Notes under the pieces: model-generated
Told to the model about the DNA's origin: nothing
Seen by the model: the letters and a program-made list of their open reading frames with translations, nothing else
Databases searched by the model: none
Translations under genes and position numbers: made by a program
Virus record (IMG/VR): IMGVR_UViG_3300047372_000605
Span: 28,959-92,958 of that record
Length of the DNA stretch: 64,000 nucleotides
DNA from: a virus
Strand: one strand, 5' to 3'
Shown here: positions 50,534-59,822 of the stretch, piece by piece
How the letters are laid out: the number at the start of each line of letters is the position of its first letter
How positions within the stretch are numbered: the first letter of the stretch is position 1

Positions 50534-51651
50534 TTAGAATTTTATTAATATTAACCTTAATACCATCCATTTTATTTAGCCAGTTTACAGTAACTACTAA
50601 TACTGAATCTTGGGATAAAGAAAAAAAAGAATGGAAACCATTTGAAGATTTTGATGTAAAGTTTAAGAAAGCAATTAAATTTGCTACTTTTTATGGAGCA
50701 TTCAATGGTAATAATAGTATTGCAGATGTAGACAGATATTCAATCAGTACAGGTCAATTAATAACAAATACAGAAAAAACCCCATTTGATTATTCATTAG
50801 TATTAGGAGTAAGAAAAATAGCTAGATTTGGATATGAAAATAGGCAAGCTGTATTTTATAATGGTGAAGAACATTCATATGCAGATGCAGCTACAATAGG
50901 TAAAGTATCTGGATTTGAATTTTTATTTGAAGCTGATTATAAAAGAAGATTTGGTAATACATTTTTAGACCAACAACACTTTTTAAGATACGTAGCTGAT
51001 CATTGGATAGTAAAAATAGAATACATGCAGCAAGGTTTTGCTGATATAAAATATTTTGAAGCATCTCAAAGGTATAGACAAAAAGTAGGTAAGAAATTTT
51101 CATGGAATATAGGTATAGTTCAAAGAATATCTGAACCTTATGGCTACAATCCACTAGAAGAATTCATATTACCAAATGGAAGTTTACATTACACTTCACT
51201 AGCATTACAAGAAGGATACAATATAGATTTTTTACCTAGTGGTGAAATAAATTACTTAAACCCAGAAGGAGAAGTAGTAGCTGATAATAGTATAATTTGG
51301 GAAGAAGTAGTAATACCTCAAGTATTATCTGATTATGTTAAAAGAAAAAAAGAAGAAATACCACAACAATGGAATCATTCTCTTGTATTAGGGTATGATT
51401 TTTATCATTATACTAAAACATTTTGGGTACACTCTTGGGCAAGCATTATGCCATTTCACTTAGAAAGTGGTGAATATGCTTATCATAAATTCATAGCACC
51501 TAAACAAACATGGGTCGATTTTGGAGCAGGCTTTATTTTAGGACATAAATTTAACAAACATCTTGGTGTATTTATAGAAGGTAAATATAATAAGTATTGG
51601 AATAGACAATGGCACGATTTTAGTGTTGGATTAAACTACGTAATTTTCTAA
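50530..51651 (+). CDS. Putative outer-membrane beta-barrel protein
   Basis: Signal peptide, alternating aromatic strands, C-terminal SVGLNYVIF beta-signal. Confidence 0.7.
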   Translation: MIRILLILTLIPSILFSQFTVTTNTESWDKEKKEWKPFEDFDVKFKKAIKFATFYGAFNGNNSIADVDRYSISTGQLITNTEKTPFDYSLVLGVRKIARFGYENRQAVFYNGEEHSYADAATIGKVSGFEFLFEADYKRRFGNTFLDQQHFLRYVADHWIVKIEYMQQGFADIKYFEASQRYRQKVGKKFSWNIGIVQRISEPYGYNPLEEFILPNGSLHYTSLALQEGYNIDFLPSGEINYLNPEGEVVADNSIIWEEVVIPQVLSDYVKRKKEEIPQQWNHSLVLGYDFYHYTKTFWVHSWASIMPFHLESGEYAYHKFIAPKQTWVDFGAGFILGHKFNKHLGVFIEGKYNKYWNRQWHDFSVGLNYVIF

Positions 51652-51661
51652 AAAAATAGTA

Positions 51662-51955
51662 ATGGCAAAAGAGTTAAGTGAAGAATCAGGTTTTAATGTA
51701 AGTATCAAAAGCTTAGCAGGTATAGGTTTTGTGATGGCTACAATCATCGGAATGTGGTTTACATTACAAGCCGATATTGCTGAAGCAAAAGAATTACCTA
51801 CACCCCCACCTTCAGAAGTAACAAGAATGGAATTTGACATGAAAGATCAATTAATACGTCAAACCATTATGACAACACAAAAAGATGTTGAGGAATTAAA
51901 AGAAGATATGGGGCGTATTGAAGAAAAATTAGATAGGTTAATTGAAAAAAGATGA
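51662..51955 (+). CDS. Single-TM + coiled-coil protein
   Basis: TM helix, PTPPP linker, coiled coil. Confidence 0.6.
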   Translation: MAKELSEESGFNVSIKSLAGIGFVMATIIGMWFTLQADIAEAKELPTPPPSEVTRMEFDMKDQLIRQTIMTTQKDVEELKEDMGRIEEKLDRLIEKR

Positions 51956-52278
51956 AAAAGTTTTTAACATTAGTTGCTTTATTTATAACACTTAGTGTTA
52001 CATCACAAATACAAGTAGTACAATTTAATGCTAACTGGAATGCTGCAAATGGGGTTAATTGGTTAAGCAAATTAACTGATTGTAAAACTAATCAAGTAGA
52101 TATTGCTGTGGATAAAGCAGCACAAGCAAAATATAAAATAATAGTAGTGCCAACTATTGTTATTTTTAATCATGGAGAAGAAGTAAAGCGTTTTCAAGCA
52201 AATATTATGATGCAAATAGAGGCTAAATTAGAAGACATACAAAACGTAGTAGATGAAACCGTAATGGAATCATTTTAA
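51952..52278 (+). CDS. Secreted thioredoxin-like protein lacking CxxC
   Basis: Signal peptide; FNANWN replaces WCxxC; VPTIVIF..GEEVKRF. Confidence 0.7.
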   Translation: MKKFLTLVALFITLSVTSQIQVVQFNANWNAANGVNWLSKLTDCKTNQVDIAVDKAAQAKYKIIVVPTIVIFNHGEEVKRFQANIMMQIEAKLEDIQNVVDETVMESF

Positions 52279-52284
52279 AATTCT

Positions 52285-52314
52285 TTTGGATCCTAAATAT
52301 AGGATTCTTATATT
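52285..52314 (+). promoter_or_regulatory. Promoter whose spacer forms an 8-bp hairpin
   Basis: TTT-GGATCCTA-AATA-TAGGATTC-TTATATT. Confidence 0.7.
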
Positions 52315-52332
52315 ACCCTAAATTTATAAGTT

Positions 52333-52572
52333 ATGTTTACAGATAATGAAATGAAACTTAGTTTAAAACAAGAGAAATATCTTTGTATGTTAAATCGCTT
52401 AGATGCATTTAAGTTAATCAAACTTGAGCAACAAAAACAAGTTCAAAAAGGATTAATTACATATAAATCTGATTTCAACCCACAAAACTTTGATTTTCTT
52501 AAAGCAATAGAATGCGAAAATCAGCTAGAAATGATTGATGCAGTCCTTCGTGTAAGAGCTGTAAGTAATTAA
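52333..52572 (+). CDS. Hypothetical protein
   Basis: 79-aa ORF. Confidence 0.55.
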   Translation: MFTDNEMKLSLKQEKYLCMLNRLDAFKLIKLEQQKQVQKGLITYKSDFNPQNFDFLKAIECENQLEMIDAVLRVRAVSN

Positions 52573-52579
52573 AAAATAA

Positions 52580-52609
52580 CGTGCTATATGCACTTATTTT
52601 TCGTATATT
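52580..52609 (+). promoter_or_regulatory. Promoter variant (GTG-N20-TATATT)
   Basis: CGTGC...TTCGTATATT. Confidence 0.6.
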
Positions 52610-52798
52610 CATGCCATAAAATTAAGGTATGAATAGATATAAAATTTCAATTACAAATTATAATAAACTAGGATACCCAGTTAGTGGTGTATCCAGAGTT
52701 ATTTCTAGTTTAACATTCAGTAAAATTAGAAAATTCCAAAATGCTTATCCAGGTAGGGAAGATTTACATAGAAAATTAGATATTAAAGAAATATAGTC

Positions 52799-53380
52799 AT
52801 GGCAAATAATTTAACAAGTTGGATTACAGTTAGGGCTAATGATGATACATTAAAATATGTTGACTCTTTAGTTACTAAAGCTGAGGAAAGAAATGAAAAT
52901 GATAGTTACGGTATAACATCATTTGCAAAAGCATTTTATAAAGATGTTGATTGTGGAGATGGTGGAGGTGTGATGTATGATTGGGCACTTGATAATATAG
53001 GTGCTAAATGGACTTACTTAGAAGAGGTTCAAGATGAAGGAGAATTTTCCACTACATCAGCTTGGTATCCTCCAAAAGAGTTTTATATTCACTTATATAA
53101 ACTATGTGCTGAATTAGATGAAAATGTAGAAATTGAAGTACAATATGAAGATGAATCATATGATCCAATAGGTGCTTTTGTTATTAAAAAAGATAAAGAT
53201 GGAACTCCTTGTATATGGGGAGAAGAAGATACTATAGAAAATCCAACTGATGATATGGATTGGGAGGATGAAGATTATGATGAAACACAACAAGAGTTTT
53301 ATGATGAACTTTATGAAACTAAACAAGAACTTTTAAAAGAATGTCACTCATTAGTGCTTACTGATGGTGAACCTATTTAA
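52799..53380 (+). CDS. YubB ferredoxin-like/DUF1281-like protein
   Basis: YDWALDNIGAKW...F.T.SAWYPP. Confidence 0.6.
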   Translation: MANNLTSWITVRANDDTLKYVDSLVTKAEERNENDSYGITSFAKAFYKDVDCGDGGGVMYDWALDNIGAKWTYLEEVQDEGEFSTTSAWYPPKEFYIHLYKLCAELDENVEIEVQYEDESYDPIGAFVIKKDKDGTPCIWGEEDTIENPTDDMDWEDEDYDETQQEFYDELYETKQELLKECHSLVLTDGEPI

Positions 53381-53400
53381 TAATAAATAAAAATAAAGTT

Positions 53401-53595
53401 ATGGCAAAATTAACAAGAAATGTAAATTACTGTAATTACAGATGGGAAGAATATGTGTTAACAGAAGAAGAATTAGCAAAGTGGAAAACGGGTGATGAAG
53501 ATCTCCAACAAGAAATCATAGATGATGCAGATTGGGACCTAGTAAGAGATAAACCAATTGATGATTACGGAGACGTAGAATTTGTAGAAGATTAA
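53401..53595 (+). CDS. Small acidic hypothetical protein
   Basis: 64-aa ORF. Confidence 0.55.
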   Translation: MAKLTRNVNYCNYRWEEYVLTEEELAKWKTGDEDLQQEIIDDADWDLVRDKPIDDYGDVEFVED

Positions 53596-55370
53596 TGAAG
53601 TTTTTAAAATTTTTATTAGTATGGATCAGTCAAAATTTAGCTATACCATTTTGGATAGTAGGACATATTCATTTATCAATACATAATTTTCATGATATGG
53701 TAGAAATAGTATCATCAATAGGAATGAATGTATTAGTAGCAATAGGGTTTTGTATAGATTATTATGAAAACGGAAGATAAGAAATGGTAGTATCTTTAGC
53801 TTATGGGTTAGCAGGGTCAATGTTTTTGGTTGTGTTAACAAATTTATTAATTAAATTATTTAAAAAGTTTAACAATATAGGTTATTCAATAATATATGCT
53901 AGTTTATTCCTTAAATTAATATTTTTAAGTGGGTTTGTATTAGTAACTAAAAATGAAATACCTAATCAAATAATATTTGCAGTTGTAATACTTGGAGGTA
54001 TAATGTATTCAACAGTAAACGTAATATTAAAAGTAAAATGATAAAAAAAGAATGGTTTTGGATGTCAAAACAAAATGAAGATCATTGTCATTATTCAGGA
54101 TTACCATCCCCAATGGCATATGAAAATAAAAAAAATAAAATAACAGTTATGAAAGAATCAATTTTAAAATGGTACCCAATTATAATAGCATTTATTTGCC
54201 TATTATATTCAGTTGGATTAGGTTTATATGGCAATACAACTGAAGCAATGTATTCAGCACATTGGCCAGGAACAATATTATTATTTAGTATAGCAATCAA
54301 TCAAATTAAAAGACAATGAGTATAGTATTTTTCGGAGTTGGGTTTATATTATTTTCAATTTATTTAGTATTTCTTATTTGGAATATTATTTACAATGGAA
54401 ATAAACAACAAGAAGAAAATTACCCAACGTTACAAGATAATGTAATTGATATGGATGGAATTGGTAATCAAGGTAGATTTCCAGCCGAAATTAGTAAACG
54501 TAAAAAAGTCAAAAAGAAATGAAAAATTTTGATTATGAATATTTTTTAATAACGGGTTTACTATTAACCTGGTTATTTATAGTTGTTTTTTATGCCTATG
54601 GGATGGCAGAAAGACAATTTAAAAGTCGAGGTAAAAAAATAAAAAAAGGTTGGTTACAACATTTAGTTAGAAATAGAAGACTAACACCTTTAGAAAGATT
54701 AGGTTCAAGGATAGGTTATTTAGGTGCTGGATTATTAATAGCAGCTCAATGGACAGTAGCTCCACCTTTATATATAGGTGGATTTATTTGTGTATTAGTT
54801 CAAACAACAATTCGTAAACAATGGAATTTAGTATTACTTCAGATTAACGGATTAATAGCTTGGATAATACATTTATTATTTTAGCATACGTATATAGAAA
54901 ATGCAAGAAAGAATTGGTCTGATTCTAATAGCTGGTGTGTTATTAGGAACAATGTTTATAGTAGATTATATTAAAGAAACTATAAAGAAAAATAAAAATA
55001 AGAAACGAAAAAGTTATACATGAAATTAAAATTAATAGTTATATTCTTAATAAGTTTTGTTACAATTAGTAGCCAAAAACAATTAAGTCATGAAATAGCT
55101 CTGGAAGAATTAATAAAAGTATTCCCAGAAGTAGAATTAAATTTAACTAAACCACAAAATAAATTTGTAGCAAGAAAGCAAGCTAACAATAAAGCTTTGG
55201 TATTTATAGCAGGCGCAACTTTTACCACAATAGGTACAACACAATTATTACGCGCTAGAAATAGTAGTTTTAGGTTTGATAGACCTAAAAATACCATTCC
55301 AATTAACCCTCACAATATGCTCATAGGGTTAGGTTTGTTAACAATAAGCTTTAGCTTTGTTATATCTTAG
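53595..55370 (+). other. Run of ~7 small membrane-protein genes (53595, 53784, 54038, 54316, 54519, 54901, 55020)
   Basis: Each ORF has 1-3 hydrophobic helices; tightly coupled. Confidence 0.6.
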
Positions 55371-55389
55371 TATTAACCAAAACCAATAT

Positions 55390-55959
55390 ATGAAATTATA
55401 CACTTTTGACTCAAAAACACTAAAATATAAAAGTTTTAATGTGAGAGGAGGATTAGTGAGGATTGTATCTCTATTATTTATAATATTTTTAGTATTAGGT
55501 GTTTCACCTGCTCCAATAAGAACAGAGTATATTACTGCTGAAAAATTATTATTGATAGAAATAGAGGAAGAAAATAAATTTAGTGAAGAAAATTTAATTA
55601 AAGAAATTAGTAAATTAAATTTCAAATACCCTTATATTGTATTAGCTCAAGCTATTTTAGAAACAGGTACATATGAATCTAAAATATTCAGGGAGAATAA
55701 TAATTTATTTGGTATGAAAGAAGCTAGAGTTAGACTTAACTTAGCTAAAGGTACTCAATATGGACATGCTTATTATGATAATTGGAAAGAATCATTATCA
55801 GATTATGCTTTATGGTATTCAACGTTTGCATATAAATGCAAAACTGAGAATCAATTATATACATTGCTAAATAAGCAATATGCTGAGGCAAATCATTATC
55901 CTCAGGCATTAAAAAGAATAATCAAAAAACAACAATTAAAACAAAAATTTAATAAATGA
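55390..55959 (+). CDS. GH73 glucosaminidase, membrane-anchored
   Basis: AQAILETG, NNLFGMK, YA...Y motifs after a TM helix. Confidence 0.85.
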   Translation: MKLYTFDSKTLKYKSFNVRGGLVRIVSLLFIIFLVLGVSPAPIRTEYITAEKLLLIEIEEENKFSEENLIKEISKLNFKYPYIVLAQAILETGTYESKIFRENNNLFGMKEARVRLNLAKGTQYGHAYYDNWKESLSDYALWYSTFAYKCKTENQLYTLLNKQYAEANHYPQALKRIIKKQQLKQKFNK

Positions 55960-56171
55960 AACGAATAATTTGGATTATGTTAATCCTTTCATTATATTCG
56001 TGTGCATCTATTAAAAAAGCAAAGATGAATAGGATAGTTAAAAAGTTTAACTATACCCAACCTCATCAGAGTTATAGTGATAAATCAACAAGAAGGAGAG
56101 TATTAAAAGTAGTAGGACATGCTCACCATTTTAGTTATAAAATAAAAAGATCAGAAAGTTATGGCAAGTAA
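55956..56171 (+). CDS. Small basic lipoprotein
   Basis: LYS-C lipobox. Confidence 0.5.
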   Translation: MKRIIWIMLILSLYSCASIKKAKMNRIVKKFNYTQPHQSYSDKSTRRRVLKVVGHAHHFSYKIKRSESYGK

Positions 56172-56460
56172 AGGAAGACCAACAGGCAGTACAAGTAGAT
56201 ACTGTTTAATTAAAGATGAAGCATTATTACCTTATGAAATCCACGTAGATGAATCAACACATACTTATTTAAAAGTAGTAGCTGAAACACAATCTACAGC
56301 TGGATATTATGCTTCATTACCTCATTTAATAAGAAGTATAGCTAGAGAAAGAAATGTACCTCAAGGTGATAATGGTAAAACATACACTTTAAAAGAATAT
56401 TTAGGTGCAATGGAAAAAATGACAGAAGAAATGAATTCTCTTCTCTTTCCTGCGCAGTAA
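56161..56460 (+). CDS. Hypothetical protein
   Basis: 99-aa ORF. Confidence 0.55.
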   Translation: MASKGRPTGSTSRYCLIKDEALLPYEIHVDESTHTYLKVVAETQSTAGYYASLPHLIRSIARERNVPQGDNGKTYTLKEYLGAMEKMTEEMNSLLFPAQ

Positions 56461-56461
56461 A

Positions 56462-56491
56462 TTTGGCTACCTGAAATATTGTTCGTATATT
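56462..56491 (+). promoter_or_regulatory. TTG-N20-TATATT promoter with leader hairpin
   Basis: TTTGGCTACCTGAAATATTGTTCGTATATT; GTTAAG-AGGTA-CTTAAC downstream. Confidence 0.82.
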
Positions 56492-56540
56492 CACCGGGAA
56501 GTTAAGAGGTACTTAACATCATAAATAAAAAATAAAAGTT

Positions 56541-57347
56541 ATGTTAAATTTAGAAAAAAGTGAATTCTTAAGTAAAGAACAATTAAAAGAAGTATGTCCA
56601 GTTATTTTTGCTGATAAAGCTTCAAAAGAAGTATCAAAACATTATACACACATCCCAACATCTAAAGTAATAGATGATATGGCTACATTAGGTTGGAATG
56701 TAGTAGATGCTAAAGCTGTTAAAGCTAGGAAAGAATCAACTCAAGGTTATCAAAAACATTTAGTAGTATTCAGAAATGATGATGTTGTTATTGATGGTAA
56801 AGGTGGTGACACAGTTTTTCCACAAGTATTACTTACAAATAGCCATGATGGTAAAAATGCATTTACATTTACCGCTGGGTTATTTAGAATGGTTTGCGAA
56901 AACGGTTTAGTTATTTCAACTACGCAATTCGAAGATGTCAAAATGAGACATATGGGTTATTCATTTGAGGAATTACAGGTTAAAATTAAAGAAATGGTTG
57001 AAAAATTACCTTTAACTGTTGAATCAATGAATAAAATGCAAGCAACTGAGCTTGCTCAAAATGAAATGGTTAAATTTGCTAAAAAAGCAATTACAACTAG
57101 ATTTAATGATGATGAGTTAAAAAGAATCAAAATTAATTTTAAAGATTTACTTAATCCTACTAGAGATGAGGATAAAGGTAATGACTTATGGTCAGTATTT
57201 AATGTAGTTCAAGAAAAAATCATTGATGGTGATTTTGAATACAAAGTTGCTGGTAAATTAAGAAAAGCTAGACAAATCAAAAACTTCAAACAAGATCAAA
57301 AGATCAATAAAGAGTTATTTGATGTTGCATTAGAATTTGCAAAGTAA
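56541..57347 (+). CDS. DUF932/DUF945-family protein
   Basis: YTHIPT, NSHDG, GLFRMVCENGLV, DLWSVFNVVQE. Confidence 0.85.
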   Translation: MLNLEKSEFLSKEQLKEVCPVIFADKASKEVSKHYTHIPTSKVIDDMATLGWNVVDAKAVKARKESTQGYQKHLVVFRNDDVVIDGKGGDTVFPQVLLTNSHDGKNAFTFTAGLFRMVCENGLVISTTQFEDVKMRHMGYSFEELQVKIKEMVEKLPLTVESMNKMQATELAQNEMVKFAKKAITTRFNDDELKRIKINFKDLLNPTRDEDKGNDLWSVFNVVQEKIIDGDFEYKVAGKLRKARQIKNFKQDQKINKELFDVALEFAK

Positions 57348-57369
57348 TTTAAAGATAATTGCGTAAATA

Positions 57370-57399
57370 TTTGGAGGAGCGAGAGCTCCTTCGTATATT
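57370..57399 (+). promoter_or_regulatory. Promoter whose spacer forms an 8-bp GNRA hairpin
   Basis: TTT-GGAGGAGC-GAGA-GCTCCTTC-GTATATT. Confidence 0.78.
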
Positions 57400-57553
57400 T
57401 ATGTCATAAATAAATAAAGGTTATGAAAAAAGTATTAAATTATATCAACAACAACTTAGTAGAGCTTATTGCAGTTAGAGATACTATCTTATTAGCAGGA
57501 ATGATTTATCTTGCAGCACAAGCTTGTAAATTTGTATTATTATATTTCGCATA

Positions 57554-57940
57554 ATGTATAAGAAAGAAGTTAAAAATATCGTAGAAGAGGTTTATCCATT
57601 AATACAACAGTATTATGGTAAATCCAAGTTTAATGGTAAAGCACCTAAGGTAGATTACCATCACAACATATATGCTAGAATTACTGGTGTAGCTGAAGCA
57701 GAAGGTGAATGTTCACCATCAGCTGAATTTGAAAGAGAAACAAACACAATTTGGATCTACTATCCAGAAATGAAGAGTGAAAAAGATATTATCCAAACAC
57801 TAATTCATGAATATATTCATTACCTTCAAGATGGAGATGAAATGAAGAGATTATATGATGAAGAAGGATATGAATATGACAATCATCCATTTGAACTAGA
57901 AGCAATAGAAGGTGAAAGTGATTGGCATCTCTTTGCGTAA
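57554..57940 (+). CDS. HExxH zinc metallopeptidase-like protein
   Basis: TLIHEYIHYLQ...HPFELEA. Confidence 0.75.
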   Translation: MYKKEVKNIVEEVYPLIQQYYGKSKFNGKAPKVDYHHNIYARITGVAEAEGECSPSAEFERETNTIWIYYPEMKSEKDIIQTLIHEYIHYLQDGDEMKRLYDEEGYEYDNHPFELEAIEGESDWHLFA

Positions 57941-57943
57941 ATA

Positions 57944-57973
57944 TTTGGCTACCTGAAATACTGTTCGTATATT
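57944..57973 (+). promoter_or_regulatory. TTG-N20-TATATT promoter (near-copy of 56462)
   Basis: TTTGGCTACCTGAAATACTGTTCGTATATTCACCGGGAAGTTAAG. Confidence 0.82.
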
Positions 57974-58012
57974 CACCGGGAAGTTAAGGTTATAAATAAA
58001 TAAATAAAGGTT

Positions 58013-59306
58013 ATGTTAAGTAAAGAAAATATAGAAAAGTTAGTTTTAAGTTGGAATAGTAAATCTGAACACGATTGGGAATTATGTTGTGCTATAAATT
58101 CAGAAAACCCAGTTATTACTTGGGATGAATATTTTGAAATAAATAGAAGATATGCTGCATTTGAGATTGCATTTGAAAAATTAGGAGTTAAATTTATATA
58201 AAATAATACCCCCTTCCGATAAAAGCCCGAAAGGGCTTTTGGGGGCCAAAAATAAAGGTTATGACAAATTTAGAAAAAGCTCAAAATATATTTAATAGTT
58301 TTAAAAGTAAAAACTATACTAGTGAATTAAAAGCAGATACTGCTATTCAATTAGCTCAAAAGGAAGCTAATGAAGTAGGTGTTGGTGTAGAATTTAAAAA
58401 ATTAATTATTCAAGATTTATTAAAATAAAAATTATGAAAGAAGTATTTATCAAAATAAAATATAAGTTAAAAAAATTAAGCCCAACTGGGAGAGAAATGT
58501 TTATAGAGGATTTATTAGAGTTTATTAAAAATTATTAAAATAAAGGTTATGAGATTAAAATTTGATACATTATTAAAAGTTCAAGATTATTATGGATCAT
58601 CTGATTTCCAGGTTGAGGCAAGATATGATAAATTTGATGGTGAAGAATATATTATGTTTAGATTTGGCTATTGGGCTGAAGTAGATTTGATAAAATTAAA
58701 AGAAATATTTAACCCATTAGGTTATGAAGTTGAAGCGAGTGAATTTGAAGATGATGAGTGTGGTTGGTTGTATAGTTATAATATTAAAAGTATAACATTA
58801 TGAGTAATTTAGTAAATGATGAATTAATGGAAAACTTGTTTGAAATGTTTATTGAAGCAGGTTATACAGATAAAGAAGCTGAAATAGCAGTTTTAGAAGC
58901 AATAAGTGCAAAAGGATTATAATATGAGAAATAAAAAAAGATACGCAGTAGTAATAGACACTTATGTCTATGCAGATAACGATTATATGGCTAGAAAAAT
59001 GGCTCATAATCTTAAAAGAAACATAAATGGTGACCATACAAGAGTAATAGACATTTATGAGCAGCCATTTGCAGGTATAAAAACTAGATCATTAGAAGAT
59101 CTTACTGAACCTACAATATCAACATCTAAATGGACTGATAAAGATCCCTTACCATTTTGATAGTAGTAATGAAAACAACAATTGACTATCTAGTGTCAAA
59201 TCAAATGGCAGTAGAATTAGATCAATTAATGGGTCATAATTTACCTTGGCAACAAGCTTCAACAAAAGATGGTGTAAATTATTTCAAATTAGATGAAGAG
59301 CTGTAA
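58013..59306 (+). other. Series of small hypothetical genes (58013, 58261, 58434, 58549, 58800, 58924, 59169)
   Basis: Short ORFs, several with the TAAAGGTT-ATG start. Confidence 0.55.
58209..58246 (+). terminator. GAAA-tetraloop hairpin element, copy 1 (terminator or processing site)
   Basis: CCCCC-ttccgat-AAAAGCCC-GAAA-GGGCTTTT-GGGGG. Confidence 0.6.
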
Positions 59307-59310
59307 AATT

Positions 59311-59435
59311 GTAGGGGTATGGCAGGTAAGCCACCTATTGGAAATGTCTGAAAGCAGAAATGCAAAGTCGAGTGCGAATGGTGGAATATGCACGAGGTAA
59401 TGGCGTAACGAAGAGTTCGAATCCTTCACCCCTAT
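59311..59435 (+). ncRNA. tRNA-like RNA with expanded anticodon domain
   Basis: GTAGGGGT/ACCCCTAT acceptor-like stem, TGGC-AGGTAA-GCCA D-like arm, GAAGAG-TTCGAAT-CCTTC T-arm. Confidence 0.7.
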
Positions 59436-59476
59436 GTTTTACAACTTTAAATTAGATAAAGAGCTTGCGTGAGATA

Positions 59477-59506
59477 TTTGGTTACCTGAAATAGGGTTCG
59501 TATATT
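59477..59506 (+). promoter_or_regulatory. TTG-N20-TATATT promoter
   Basis: TTTGGTTACCTGAAATAGGGTTCGTATATT. Confidence 0.82.
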
Positions 59507-59534
59507 CACATCGTAAGTTAAAAAAATAAAGGTT

Positions 59535-59732
59535 ATGATTAAAAATAAAAATACTACAATTGATAAAATTGCTTTAGCTGAGTTTGATACTCATTATGAT
59601 AATTTAAGTGATAATCTTAAGCAATATTGCCATTTAGAAATGGTAAACAATCCTGTATGGTTACAACCATTTTGGAAGAAAGAAGATTATATGACTGTAG
59701 GTGAAAAGTGGGAAAAGGGTTTACCATTTTAA
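59535..59732 (+). CDS. Hypothetical protein ending GLPF
   Basis: 65-aa ORF between two promoters. Confidence 0.6.
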   Translation: MIKNKNTTIDKIALAEFDTHYDNLSDNLKQYCHLEMVNNPVWLQPFWKKEDYMTVGEKWEKGLPF

Positions 59733-59752
59733 TAAAAGTAATTGCGTAAATA

Positions 59753-59782
59753 TTTGGTTACCTGAAATAGGGTTCGTATATT
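59753..59782 (+). promoter_or_regulatory. TTG-N20-TATATT promoter (identical core to 59477)
   Basis: TTTGGTTACCTGAAATAGGGTTCGTATATT. Confidence 0.82.
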
Positions 59783-59822
59783 TACCATGTAGTTAAGTTA
59801 AAAAATATATAAAATAAAGGTT

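Noticed and set aside
59311-59435. tmRNA or tRNA-Sec call for the tRNA-like element
   Set aside because: No G3:U70 Ala acceptor or tag ORF and too short for tmRNA; no UCA anticodon loop
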